Shown here: in pieces, positions 44,401 through 52,827 of the stretch
Position numbering within the stretch: position 1 is the stretch's first letter
How the letters are laid out: every line of letters starts with the position of its first letter
DNA from: a virus
Taxonomy: Duplodnaviria > Caudoviricetes
Length of the DNA: 52,827 nucleotides
Virus record (IMG/VR): IMGVR_UViG_3300027852_000046
Coordinates: 1 to 52,827 of that record
Strand: one strand, 5' to 3'
Notes under the pieces: generated by a model
Seen by the model: the letters and a program-made list of their open reading frames with translations, nothing else
What the model was told of the DNA's origin: nothing
The model's database searches: none
Made by a program: the position numbers and the translations under genes

Positions 44401-47400
44401 GACAATAGCTAAGCAGAATCAGGAGAAGATAGAGGATTTTGGCGAGGTACTTCATGGTGCGGCTAAACATACCTACCATAAGCTAGATAAGGCATTAGGG
44501 GGCGATATTGATGTAGCTACCGTTCCTTTAAGTAAATCATTCCCTTTGCCGGACTACGTTAAGATGATAGCTGATGGCGTAGACCCTTTAGTGGTTACTG
44601 CTATTGCACAACTTAGGGCCGAGATAAAACCGAAGAAACGCAAGAGGATAACTAAGAGCTGGATAGATAGCGTCAACAGCGCGAGAGCAAGGACTAAAGC
44701 ATTGTTGAGTGGGGTTTTAAAGCCTGAAGATATTTATAAGGAGTCAGTAAAAGACGCAAAAAGTGACTTAAATAAGTTAGGTTCTGAGATATTGCCAGAG
44801 CAGATAAAGGCACTGGCTGAATTTGAAGTGCATAAGCATTTATTTAACCTATTTAAAGGCGAGAAAGATGTTATTAAATGGACGGTCAGCAAAGTTCATA
44901 GCGGGTCGATGTTTGGTGCAGAGGCGCATTTTGACACAAAAAAAGAGGCTCTATCTCACGTAAAGTCGCGTGTAGCCGATGTTAATGAGAAAACCGGCAA
45001 GGCTCAAACTAAGCTAGATATGTGGAGTGAGCGAGGTAAGAGCGGCGTGTTCTTAGGTAAGAAAGTTGCCTCACGTAAATTCATTGAACTAAAGCATTTT
45101 GACACGCAGAAAGAAGCTACAGAATATCGCGATAGCCACTATGACGAGTTAATTCAACTATTAGCAGAAAAGAAGAAGCTAAGGGCTATTCGCCGCATAG
45201 ACAACAATCCGCGAGTAGGCGTTGATTATCGTGATGGGGAGGACGTTACAGCAGAATTATTCGCTGATACATTCGGTTTTAGGGGCGTTCAATTCGGCAA
45301 TTGGGTTGAAGGTGGGCGCAGACAACAAGATTTAAATAATGCTTATGACGCTCTTATGGACTTGTCAGGGATAATTAATGTCCCACCTAAAGCCCTTTCG
45401 CTTAACGGTACACTTGGCCTAGCTTTTGGTGCTCGTGGCAGGGGAGGAATTGATCCTGCTGCTGCTCATTATGAATCTGACAATCTTAATATTAACCTAA
45501 CAAAGATTAACGGTAGCGGTTCATTAGCGCATGAGGTGTTCCATGCAATTGATAATTATTTCGGGAATATGGATAAGTCCACCGAGTTCTTATCAGAGGG
45601 CGGTCGCCCTATTCGCAAGCAGAGCAAGCATCCTGATGGTTACGTCAAAATGGTTAAGACTACAGGCGAGGACTTTGGTGTTAGGCAAGAGGTCTACGAT
45701 GCTTGGAAGAAACTTACTAAGGCGATAAAAGATGAAACTAAACTCGTCGAGCGCTCTATTAGAAGAGATAACGTAAAAGGTAAGGATTACTGGTCAACTG
45801 TCAGAGAAATGACAGCAAGAAGTTTCGAGCGTTATGTTATTGATAAGCTGGAAGCTAAAGGGTATTCCAGCGACTACCTTGCTAATATAGTGAGCGAGAA
45901 AGAACATAACAAGATTAACGAGATACTTGGTGATGATGAGGCTTACGCCTACCCTCTTGATTCAGAGATGGAAGCAGTAAATAACGCCTACGACAAACTG
46001 TTTAGCGTATTAGAGACAAAAGAAACAGATAAAGGTGTAGCACTATTCTCTAAAAAACCCACTAATCCCACCACCAGCCTTAGTGTAGATGCAGTAGAAG
46101 CCATCGTCAGTAATTTTAGGCGCAAGGTCAAGGGTGTTGGTATCACGGTTCATGCGAGCGAGTCTACGCTTCCAAAAGTAATACGCGATGCCGCAAAGAA
46201 ACAGGATGCCGAGGGCACAATATACGGGGTTTATTACGATGGTGAAGTTCATATCATTGCCTCTAAAATGCGTTCTGAAAAGGACGTAGAAGGTGTTATA
46301 TTCCACGAAGTATATGGGCATTATGGCGCGAGAATATTCTTTGGTAAAGACTTAAAGCCAGAATTTAATAGATTGTATCTACAATTGCAGTCTAAAGGCG
46401 TTCAGAAAATAGCAGAAGATAACGGTATTGATATGAACACATACCTTAGAGCTGCCAAAGATATGCCTTATGAACAACGTGCCCAATATTTAGTCGATGA
46501 ATTACTGGCCCACTTACAAGAGAAGTCCGTTACTGATTCATTGCCGGTTAAGGCGGTTAAGGCCATTAAAGCCTTCATTGGAGCAATCAGGGCACAGCTA
46601 CGCAAATTAGGTTTTGCTAAGTTATCCGAAATAGGCGAGACAGATTTATTTAACGTTCTTAATAAGATGAAACAAGCCGCTGAAGAGGGCGCGAAGAATA
46701 AGAGAGGTAAGCGTTCTGATCCTTTGTTTATGGTGGCTTATCACGGTAGCCCACACGACCTCAATAAATTCGACTCAAGCAAAATAGGAACAGGTGAAGG
46801 TGGTCAAGCGTATGGTTATGGGCTTTATTTTGCGGGAAAGAAAGAAGTGGCTGAACATTACAAGGAGGTGTTAGGCGGTGATGAGTACGTGCACACCGTT
46901 GACGGGGTTGAAATATTAGAAGATGAGCTGCGCGATATGGGATGGGCAAGCAAGAATGCAATTAATGCTCTTGGGCGACCTGATATTTACCAGCCTGAAA
47001 CAATGGTCGATAGGCTTCTTGATGACGGAGCAAGCAAGGAGAAGGCCGAAGAATTGTCGGCTGCATTAGAGAAGTACGCTGGCAAGGTTGAGTTCAAGCG
47101 AATCCTGAAAGGCACTCTATACCAAGTTGACCTAGCACCCAAAGAAACCGAATACTTATTGTGGGATAAGCCGTTATCTGATCAGAGTGAGTTCGTAACG
47201 AAGGCGCTGGAAAAGCAATTTTCACTAGCATCTTTCAATGAAGATTTCCGAACTGCAGGAGAGTTCTATAACTCAAGACGCAGAGGGCGTGATAACGGTG
47301 AAAAGGCGAGTAAGCAACTGCAATCACTAGGCATACGTGGCATTAAATACCTTGATGGCTCAAGTCGTGGCGCAGGCGAAGGTGATTACAACTACGTTAT

Positions 47401-50137
47401 CTTCTCAGACGACGACATTACTATCACCCACAAGAATGATGAGTCATTATTCTCACGCGAATCAGAAACCAAAGAGGCACACGCTACAGCACAAAAGAAC
47501 GCAGCCTTTGACCCAATGAAAAAGGACAGTCCTGATTTGTTGTTTAGCCGTAAAAGCAAAGTAGGTAAAAATACATCGTGGAGAGATGAAAAGGGCTATG
47601 AAGATGTAAGCGAGGGTCAGTTAGACGCGTTAAGCAAGTTCAGTGCGCCACCTAACCCACCTCTAGTTAATAAGGTGAAAGAGAAGTACGAGGACACTAA
47701 GGACAGGTTCGGCACAAAGTTTAGGCAGGAGGTATTAGATCAATACGATTCTATAAAATCAGTATTGGATGATAAGAGGGCGTGGATGCTTGCTCAAATG
47801 GCTGGCTCGGCTGGTGGCGCAATAGAAATGGTTATCCAGAAAGGACATTTATTATTAGACAAATCAGGTGTGTTATCAATAGACACAGCTAAGAAAGGCT
47901 TGGCTGAAACACTAGCTCCGTTAGGTGACGAGTCTAATCGCTTCTTGCAATGGGTGGCCGCTAATCGAGCTGAACGCTTATGGGCTGAAGATAAAGAAAA
48001 TCTATTAACAGAGACAGATATTCAAGAGCTACTAAATCTAAATAAAAGTACCACTGAAGGCCCTAACGCATGGCCCGAAAGAGAGCAGGTTTACGCTGAA
48101 GTATTGAAAGACTTTGAGGCATTACATAATTCAGTTGTTCAGGTGGGTGTTGATTCAGGATTAATCAGTAAAGAAGATGCGGCATTATGGGCAGAGCAAG
48201 GGTTTTATGTGCCGTTCTACCGGATAGCTGAAGAGGATGGCGATAGTCACGGCATATCAAGTGTTAGCGGCATGGTTGGTCAGGAAGCATACAAAAAGCT
48301 CAAAGGCGCAAATATGCAGCTCGAAGACTTGCTATTAAACACGGTAATGAATTGGGAGCATATTGCTACAGCCTCATTAAAAAACCAAGCGGCAACAGCA
48401 GCATTAGATAGCGCCGCTAAGATGGGGCTTGCGCGAGAAGTAGAGGGAGGTAAGCCGCCGAAGGTAGGTAAGAACCATGTCTATGTCAGAGAAAATGGAC
48501 AAGAGAAATGGTATTACATAGAGGATTCAACCGAGGGTAAGTTAATTATTCAATCTCTAGGTGCTCTTAATTTCACAGGTTTAAATAACGCGCCCATGAA
48601 GGTCTTGCGTAAATTCAAGAGATTGTTAACTATTGGTGTTACAGCAAGCCCTGAATTTAAGATAGCTAACCTTATTCGTGACACGATACAAGCTATTGCG
48701 GTCGCTCCTATGAATACTAATTTTCTTAAGAATATACACCAAGGCTGGGGCTTAACTGAGGAAATGTCGCAAGAGCGCATTCAAGCAGTTGCAGCGGGTG
48801 GTTTATTCGGTGATTCAGGCTATATCAATGGTGGCGACCCTGATGCAATCAAGATGGTGATGGCTAAGGGAATAGGTCAAGCTGAAATACTTGATACGGA
48901 ACATAAGGTTAAGAAGTGGTGGAATAAATACCAAGACTTAGGTGCAAGATTAGAGAATGTTAACCGATCTGCAAATATCCAACAAAGCATTGATAAAGGA
49001 AAAGATAAGCTTACTGCTAACTTTGAAGGGCGCGACCACTTGGACTTTCAACGCAGTGGGGCGAATGTTGCTGTCAGGGTATTAACACAAACAATACCGT
49101 TCCTAAATGCTCGTGCTCAAGGCTTAGATAAGCTAGGTCGTGCTTTAGCTGATCCAGCGCAACGTAAGCAAGCTATGGCGGTTATCGGCGCGTATGCAAT
49201 GGCCTCCGTCCTTTTGTATCTATACATGAAAGACGACGATGATTACAAAGAAGCAGAGCAATGGGAGAGAGATACTTACCATCTGATTAAGCTGCCAGCA
49301 ACCGATAAGATCGTACGCATACCAAGGCCGTTTGAGGTTGGCGCATTAGCTAATATTGTAGAACGTGGTGTTGAACAGTTTGTAGACAAAGACGCTGATA
49401 TGAGTTTATTCTATGAGCGTATGTCTCACATGCTAACAGAGACGTTGGCTTTTAGTGTGTTGCCGCAAGCATTAGCACCAGCCATGGACATAAGAGCGAA
49501 CAAGAGTAGCTTTACTGGTAGGCAGATAGAATCACTTGCCATGCAACGTCTATCACCCACTAACAGGGTCAAGCCTTGGACAACTCAAAGTGCAATCGGT
49601 TTAAGTAAACTATTGTCGTTGCCAATGGGAGATAGTGGATTAAGCCCGATACAGATAGACTTTCTTGTTAAGCAGTATACAGGTTGGATGGGCGCAACAA
49701 TACTTAATGGAGTTGACCTTATTGCGCGTCCAGCGACGGGTAAGGCTTCTCGTCCAGAAATGAAAATTCAGGACTATCCAGTTATCGGTAGATTTATCAG
49801 AGAAGGAGAGGGCCGCAACTCTAAATACATCACAGAGCTTTATGATAATAGAGCATTTTTAGCTCAGAAGTTCGCTGATATTAAACACTATAAAGCGAAT
49901 AAAGAGATGGATAAATTTAAATCGGCAAGAGAGAAATACGGTAAAGATTTAAGGCATCGCAGTCGTTACAACAAGGCTTCATTGAAACTGAGTAAACTAT
50001 CTAATGAAATTAAAAAGATTACTGATAGTAAGATATTTTCTGCATCAGAAAAAAGTCGCAGGATAGATAGAATTAATAGTCAGCGACTTATGATTGCAAG
50101 GCGTTTAGTCCTAAGCGCGAAACTTGAAAATAACTAG
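41402..50137 (+). CDS. Giant polyvalent/ejection protein (LPD1-like, metallopeptidase-like, ART-like and LPD38-like regions)
   Basis: FGFRGVQFGNW..GSLAHEVFHAIDNY..EMTARSFE; FHEVYGHYG; AYHGSPH..IGTGEG.QAYGYGLYFA; RIPRPFEVG. Confidence 0.75.
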   Translation: MNYYEEVAKNEQGDRLYLKDGKWTDQPVIAADEDGSQMYYNGDGWLPYEAPKDIEPPTVQTDETDGDIIRGGQNVLTYASIVGNGLTGDKDSIATNIFEHNAYTKANPASKDQQNMMREFDAADGLWDSAKVLLTNPSGTIDMTQEQFAQYGLTIPMMKAGALTGGLIGSVATPAGTGVGTVIGGVAGGYEGAALSSAVIEYGANVMQDVNSYLADKGLEPSQENIRKALDTDILERNVMPAVTKGQILGLFDIVGLKVGHALKLGKPARELEKASASAMRKFDLTPAQLPRSAAAQAELKPFVDAVKNDLATTATKVKRGAGAVGVGGLSEGSGEYVGQGLAYDEWDAKNALLESVIGLGGEVAQVGLSGTLVGAGKAKEAADNLLRSKRFDKAGEISEDTLAKSKAAVEEIVASEEAQKSQQQAEQVNAEVEAVVQETVQATEQAGGDALDQAQAEIDIRISTDKVSIEANQTAQDNRIKLEKTRLERQRKLQDSLNQTNSILDTTQQQPEGADAKGLKGDAKANEQTGVANDGQVYEQNGPQIPVKLGDNNTLAGEAASNTENKGSIPAETAQGTTINPEPIAEAGLENKAMESAVNSDVNSMSQDDIKSEIDKIGKKIEAARNELAKDSPTPPELIPNDLDLLSPNDVARLQELKQALPSSAQEAIDAKARNKARIAERNKKRAEANTEVLPSQDEVADVGIIAKNKYKPTAYADLSQDDKVAIAQKWSNELTEGGGIAYTTDENGNIDGKTSSSNPDWFKDGSMGVMNLKGDNVLSTQPSVKRVKDTVSKLTKGDTLTKREERIIEALVDQDNANAEEGSEQATFQEQDRIDGSYDETTLEAASETLDSLIEEGVLTEDMLLTMSPAEVDSAEREYYEQEKAKQDGANGEVSSVSKERKDSGNQKEAEGAKEESLLTDYSQDDLNAKEEAEIKQAKEKAASDKKANIDADADNFTLTGSDRAADANTGQSDVFSEAVKKENDPNADKANVTDNDETIAKQNQEKIEDFGEVLHGAAKHTYHKLDKALGGDIDVATVPLSKSFPLPDYVKMIADGVDPLVVTAIAQLRAEIKPKKRKRITKSWIDSVNSARARTKALLSGVLKPEDIYKESVKDAKSDLNKLGSEILPEQIKALAEFEVHKHLFNLFKGEKDVIKWTVSKVHSGSMFGAEAHFDTKKEALSHVKSRVADVNEKTGKAQTKLDMWSERGKSGVFLGKKVASRKFIELKHFDTQKEATEYRDSHYDELIQLLAEKKKLRAIRRIDNNPRVGVDYRDGEDVTAELFADTFGFRGVQFGNWVEGGRRQQDLNNAYDALMDLSGIINVPPKALSLNGTLGLAFGARGRGGIDPAAAHYESDNLNINLTKINGSGSLAHEVFHAIDNYFGNMDKSTEFLSEGGRPIRKQSKHPDGYVKMVKTTGEDFGVRQEVYDAWKKLTKAIKDETKLVERSIRRDNVKGKDYWSTVREMTARSFERYVIDKLEAKGYSSDYLANIVSEKEHNKINEILGDDEAYAYPLDSEMEAVNNAYDKLFSVLETKETDKGVALFSKKPTNPTTSLSVDAVEAIVSNFRRKVKGVGITVHASESTLPKVIRDAAKKQDAEGTIYGVYYDGEVHIIASKMRSEKDVEGVIFHEVYGHYGARIFFGKDLKPEFNRLYLQLQSKGVQKIAEDNGIDMNTYLRAAKDMPYEQRAQYLVDELLAHLQEKSVTDSLPVKAVKAIKAFIGAIRAQLRKLGFAKLSEIGETDLFNVLNKMKQAAEEGAKNKRGKRSDPLFMVAYHGSPHDLNKFDSSKIGTGEGGQAYGYGLYFAGKKEVAEHYKEVLGGDEYVHTVDGVEILEDELRDMGWASKNAINALGRPDIYQPETMVDRLLDDGASKEKAEELSAALEKYAGKVEFKRILKGTLYQVDLAPKETEYLLWDKPLSDQSEFVTKALEKQFSLASFNEDFRTAGEFYNSRRRGRDNGEKASKQLQSLGIRGIKYLDGSSRGAGEGDYNYVIFSDDDITITHKNDESLFSRESETKEAHATAQKNAAFDPMKKDSPDLLFSRKSKVGKNTSWRDEKGYEDVSEGQLDALSKFSAPPNPPLVNKVKEKYEDTKDRFGTKFRQEVLDQYDSIKSVLDDKRAWMLAQMAGSAGGAIEMVIQKGHLLLDKSGVLSIDTAKKGLAETLAPLGDESNRFLQWVAANRAERLWAEDKENLLTETDIQELLNLNKSTTEGPNAWPEREQVYAEVLKDFEALHNSVVQVGVDSGLISKEDAALWAEQGFYVPFYRIAEEDGDSHGISSVSGMVGQEAYKKLKGANMQLEDLLLNTVMNWEHIATASLKNQAATAALDSAAKMGLAREVEGGKPPKVGKNHVYVRENGQEKWYYIEDSTEGKLIIQSLGALNFTGLNNAPMKVLRKFKRLLTIGVTASPEFKIANLIRDTIQAIAVAPMNTNFLKNIHQGWGLTEEMSQERIQAVAAGGLFGDSGYINGGDPDAIKMVMAKGIGQAEILDTEHKVKKWWNKYQDLGARLENVNRSANIQQSIDKGKDKLTANFEGRDHLDFQRSGANVAVRVLTQTIPFLNARAQGLDKLGRALADPAQRKQAMAVIGAYAMASVLLYLYMKDDDDYKEAEQWERDTYHLIKLPATDKIVRIPRPFEVGALANIVERGVEQFVDKDADMSLFYERMSHMLTETLAFSVLPQALAPAMDIRANKSSFTGRQIESLAMQRLSPTNRVKPWTTQSAIGLSKLLSLPMGDSGLSPIQIDFLVKQYTGWMGATILNGVDLIARPATGKASRPEMKIQDYPVIGRFIREGEGRNSKYITELYDNRAFLAQKFADIKHYKANKEMDKFKSAREKYGKDLRHRSRYNKASLKLSKLSNEIKKITDSKIFSASEKSRRIDRINSQRLMIARRLVLSAKLENN

Positions 50138-50321
50138 TAGCTTGATAAACCCCAATTAGAGGAAAGAATGAATAATATAATGATAGTTGTCCAAAAGCCT
50201 TCTTTAGACATAAAGAATAAGGCTATTCTGGCAATCATATTTGATAATATGCGAATCATTCATCAATTATATCACTTTAGGCACACAGAAATTAAGCTCG
50301 GATAAGAGGTATCATTACTAC

Positions 50322-50747
50322 ATGAATTTAATAATTACACGTTATCAATCAGATGGTTTAGGCTCTTTCGGAAAGCTAGAGATATCAGGACATGATGAAA
50401 TTCTAGCAACCGTTGAAAAGCCATGGCGTAATAATAAACGCTTTATATCGTGCTTGCCTGCTGGTAAGTACAGGTTAGTGCCTTTTTCTTCGCCAAAATA
50501 CGGTGATGTTTTATGTATTGTGAGCGACGACGGAAGCGTAGTAATGTATGAGTCTGAGGGTTGCGACAGATATGCATGCTTATTCCATGTCGCTAATTAT
50601 GCAAGAAACGTTAAAGGCTGTGTCGGTATAGGTCAGCACCATCATAATAATATGGTGACTAATTCTAAGAAATCACTTGAGAAGCTTTTTAGCATGGTAA
50701 ATCCACAAGAAGAGCATAGCTTGATTATTCAATGGGGCGAAAAATGA
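50322..50747 (+). CDS. DUF5675-like protein, candidate endolysin
   Basis: TVEKPW..ISCLPAGKY..FHVANY..GCVGIG motifs; start of the lysis module. Confidence 0.7.
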   Translation: MNLIITRYQSDGLGSFGKLEISGHDEILATVEKPWRNNKRFISCLPAGKYRLVPFSSPKYGDVLCIVSDDGSVVMYESEGCDRYACLFHVANYARNVKGCVGIGQHHHNNMVTNSKKSLEKLFSMVNPQEEHSLIIQWGEK

Positions 50748-51163
50748 GTTTTTTTAGCTGGTTATCATCAAGCCCTAAAGTAATTGATGATGTATTCGAT
50801 AAAGACAAAGGGTTGCTTGCCAAGACAGGCGAATGGATAGGTAACTCTAACTTTACTGACGAGGAAAGAGCGGAGCTAAACACTGCTAATATGGAGAGTA
50901 TTAGGAGGTTTGTTGCTGATACATTAGAAGAGAGCACCGATAGATCAAGGGCGCGTAGAGAGATAGCTGTATTTTTTATAAAGTTCTATTCAATAATGCT
51001 CTTTATGGCGGGGATGACCTATCCGTTTAATAGTGGGTGGTCAGAAGTATGGTTTAACATCGCAACAAGCGGAAGTGTCGGCGGTCTTGTCATAGCTATA
51101 AGCATCTTCTTTTTCGGATCGCATGGCATGGTAAGATACAACAACAGTAAAAAAGGAAATTAA
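50744..51163 (+). CDS. Holin-like membrane protein
   Basis: FTDEERAE motif, two TM segments and FFFGSH. Confidence 0.65.
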   Translation: MSFFSWLSSSPKVIDDVFDKDKGLLAKTGEWIGNSNFTDEERAELNTANMESIRRFVADTLEESTDRSRARREIAVFFIKFYSIMLFMAGMTYPFNSGWSEVWFNIATSGSVGGLVIAISIFFFGSHGMVRYNNSKKGN

Positions 51164-51228
51164 ATATGTCAGGAAGAAATACTAAGAAAGGTAAAACTAA
51201 GCCAATTCCTAAGAAGAAGAAAAAGTAA

Positions 51229-51651
51229 ATGGATATCTACGGCCTCTTTGATTTAATAGCAATCATACTCGGGTTGTCCACCGCTATTTATTTAAAAACA
51301 TACGAAAGCATATTACTTGCTGCTTTCTTTATAGCAACATCGATATCATCTTTAATATTATTTCAAACTGAGTATTATTACTACTTTGATTATGTATTTG
51401 TTTTCTTATCAATGGTATTCGGGCTATCCAGTAAGAAGCATCCTGTAATACTTGGCTATATTGGCTATCTAGTTCTAGTTGGTTTAAACACCGTGCATGA
51501 TGTTATGTTCTACAGCGCATACGTTTATGCAATATATATTTATCAGCTATGGGTAGTGAGATATGCAAAAGTGCATAGTAGGATTGGCTGTATCTGGCGT
51601 AATAATATTAGTTCGTCACGTCATCATAAGCATAAGGAAAAAGCGATCTAA
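51229..51651 (+). CDS. Multi-pass membrane protein
   Basis: Several hydrophobic segments. Confidence 0.6.
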   Translation: MDIYGLFDLIAIILGLSTAIYLKTYESILLAAFFIATSISSLILFQTEYYYYFDYVFVFLSMVFGLSSKKHPVILGYIGYLVLVGLNTVHDVMFYSAYVYAIYIYQLWVVRYAKVHSRIGCIWRNNISSSRHHKHKEKAI

Positions 51652-51983
51652 TGAGCGAGGAGATATTTAATATTCTATTTGATTATGTTTATATGCCTTT
51701 CGCTGGGTCAATGGTTGTTGGTATGGCTTTTTTTTGGAGACTACGTGAAAAAGACAGGGCGGTTATGTTAGCTGAGATCAGCAAAGTAGATGAGAGGCTG
51801 AATGAAGGGATATCACACAGCGAAGCCAAAGAAATGATTGATGATAGATTCGATCAGCTAGACAAAGACTACGAGAGGCAAATAAAAGTTCTAATGGAGA
51901 TAAGAAGGAACACAGCCGCCGCCGATACTTTTCTTGCTAGAATCGACGAGCGGCTTAAATCAGTTGAGAGTAAATTGCCTTAG
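51651..51983 (+). CDS. TM plus coiled-coil lysis-module protein
   Basis: N-terminal TM segment; LARIDERLK C-terminus. Confidence 0.6.
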   Translation: MSEEIFNILFDYVYMPFAGSMVVGMAFFWRLREKDRAVMLAEISKVDERLNEGISHSEAKEMIDDRFDQLDKDYERQIKVLMEIRRNTAAADTFLARIDERLKSVESKLP

Positions 51984-51994
51984 ATAGTTAACTC

Positions 51995-52324
51995 CTAAAA
52001 CTGTATCTCATCATCAAAATTATCCGCAGTCGGTTGACCCGTAGTAGCATTAAAATTGCTATTCTGCGCTGTGCTATTTTCTGATTTTCCACCTTCTTTA
52101 AAGAACACCTTTACATTTCCCAATATCTCGCCACGTACACCCTGTTCACGCTCTTCTTTGCTAACTGATTGAGCGATGAAACCATTGTTTCCGTATTGGT
52201 CAACATTGTTAACATCAATGAATACAGTCGAATCTAAATATGTTCCCTTTTCGCCTTTGTGCAATCTAGCTTTATCAATCTTTGTTACATCAATATTAAG
52301 GCTCACGCCTATTTTATTTGTCAT
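51995..52324 (-). CDS. Single-stranded DNA-binding protein-like
   Basis: IDVTKIDK..GTYLD..DQYGNNG..ILGN motifs and acidic DDEIQF tail. Confidence 0.65.
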   Translation of the reverse strand: MTNKIGVSLNIDVTKIDKARLHKGEKGTYLDSTVFIDVNNVDQYGNNGFIAQSVSKEEREQGVRGEILGNVKVFFKEGGKSENSTAQNSNFNATTGQPTADNFDDEIQF

Positions 52325-52376
52325 TTTGCTTTTCCTTTTTTGTTAAAAATTTGTGTTTGTTCCGCTTATTACGCTG

Positions 52377-52658
52377 TTATGTTTGCTTACAGCTTCTCAA
52401 TAATTCATATAAACCATTCAAAGCGGATAATGCTATAGGGTCGCTTTTGTCGTGCATCATTAACGTATTAATCGCATTTGCATAAAACGCAGCATTGTCG
52501 CCTCGTATAAAAATTCCTGCCCAATCATCACCAAACTGAATTGAACCAGTTTCTACGCGATGTTTATTTTCAGGTATTGGCAACATAACAAGTCGTTCGT
52601 CCTGACCTGCTACCTCTGTGGCTTTTTCAGTTTCTTTGGTTCGCTTATCTTCTTGCAT
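52377..52658 (-). CDS. Cassette hypothetical protein with attC-encoded leader
   Basis: MQEDKRTKETEKATEVAGQDERLVM fused to RVETGSIQFGDDWAGIFIRGDNA. Confidence 0.75.
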   Translation of the reverse strand: MQEDKRTKETEKATEVAGQDERLVMLPIPENKHRVETGSIQFGDDWAGIFIRGDNAAFYANAINTLMMHDKSDPIALSALNGLYELLRSCKQT

Positions 52659-52710
52659 TTTTATAGCTCCTTTGTTAGTTCCCGCAGGCTGTACAACTAG
52701 AGCGTTATGC
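52583..52710 (+). other. attC-like site, leader-encoding family
   Basis: ACATAAC...GTTATGC; R'' complements GTTATGT at 52376. Confidence 0.85.
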
Positions 52711-52827
52711 CCTAAATCTAAAGTCTTCCGTCATCATCCTCTCGAAATCATCTGTATTTTTCGCGGCAATAAACCAGCTCTTGCGCTTCCAGTTGCCTTT
52801 GAGGTTTGTGAAGACAACAGAGCATCC
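52701..52827 (+). repeat. 127-bp direct repeat of 516-642
   Basis: Exact match by eye; length equals a common assembler k-mer. Confidence 0.9.

Larger units (their letters stand above)
516..52700. mobile_element. Podovirus-like phage genome, ~52.2 kb circular/permuted unit
   Basis: Terminase, portal, capsid, tail tubular, fibre and lysis genes with no tape measure; 52701-52827 is identical to 516-642. Confidence 0.9.
52358..52827 (+). mobile_element. Cassette array A: attI-like site at 52358-52376; continues through the 127-bp overlap into 520-1411
   Basis: Motif followed by TTATGT; attC 52583-52710; next cassette equals 520 onward. Confidence 0.85.

Noticed and set aside
52701-52827. Biological terminal repeat or attL/attR core
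   Set aside because: It is exactly 127 bp, ends mid-gene at the contig end and matches an internal position, so it is most likely an assembler overlap; only the branch point is informative

Overview
The window looks like a near-complete ~52.2 kb podovirus-type phage genome, probably from a gammaproteobacterial host (inferred). It has divergent early arms (replication, Cro-like, NinB/NinG, YqaJ exonuclease), then terS/terL, portal, scaffold, major capsid, tail tubular and fibre genes, probable ejection proteins, a 2911-aa polyvalent protein and lysis genes. The last 127 bp (52701-52827) repeat 516-642, so 516-52700 can be read as a circle with a 515-bp side branch that starts in a truncated dusA 5' end. 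The standout feature is an integron-like cassette system with no integrase in the window. Six arrays hold about 27 cassettes, with 20 complete attC-like hairpins and several half sites. Each array is anchored by the same 19-bp attI-like motif (TGTTCCGCTTATTACGCTG|TTA, 7 copies). Every cassette gene lies antisense to the attI-to-attC direction, and most stop codons sit in the crossover core. Some attC sites encode the RBS, start codon and N-terminal leader, or even a lipoprotein signal peptide, for their gene. One cassette is non-coding and carries a hammerhead-ribozyme-like RNA. All calls come from reading the sequence by eye; no database searches or folding programs were run.
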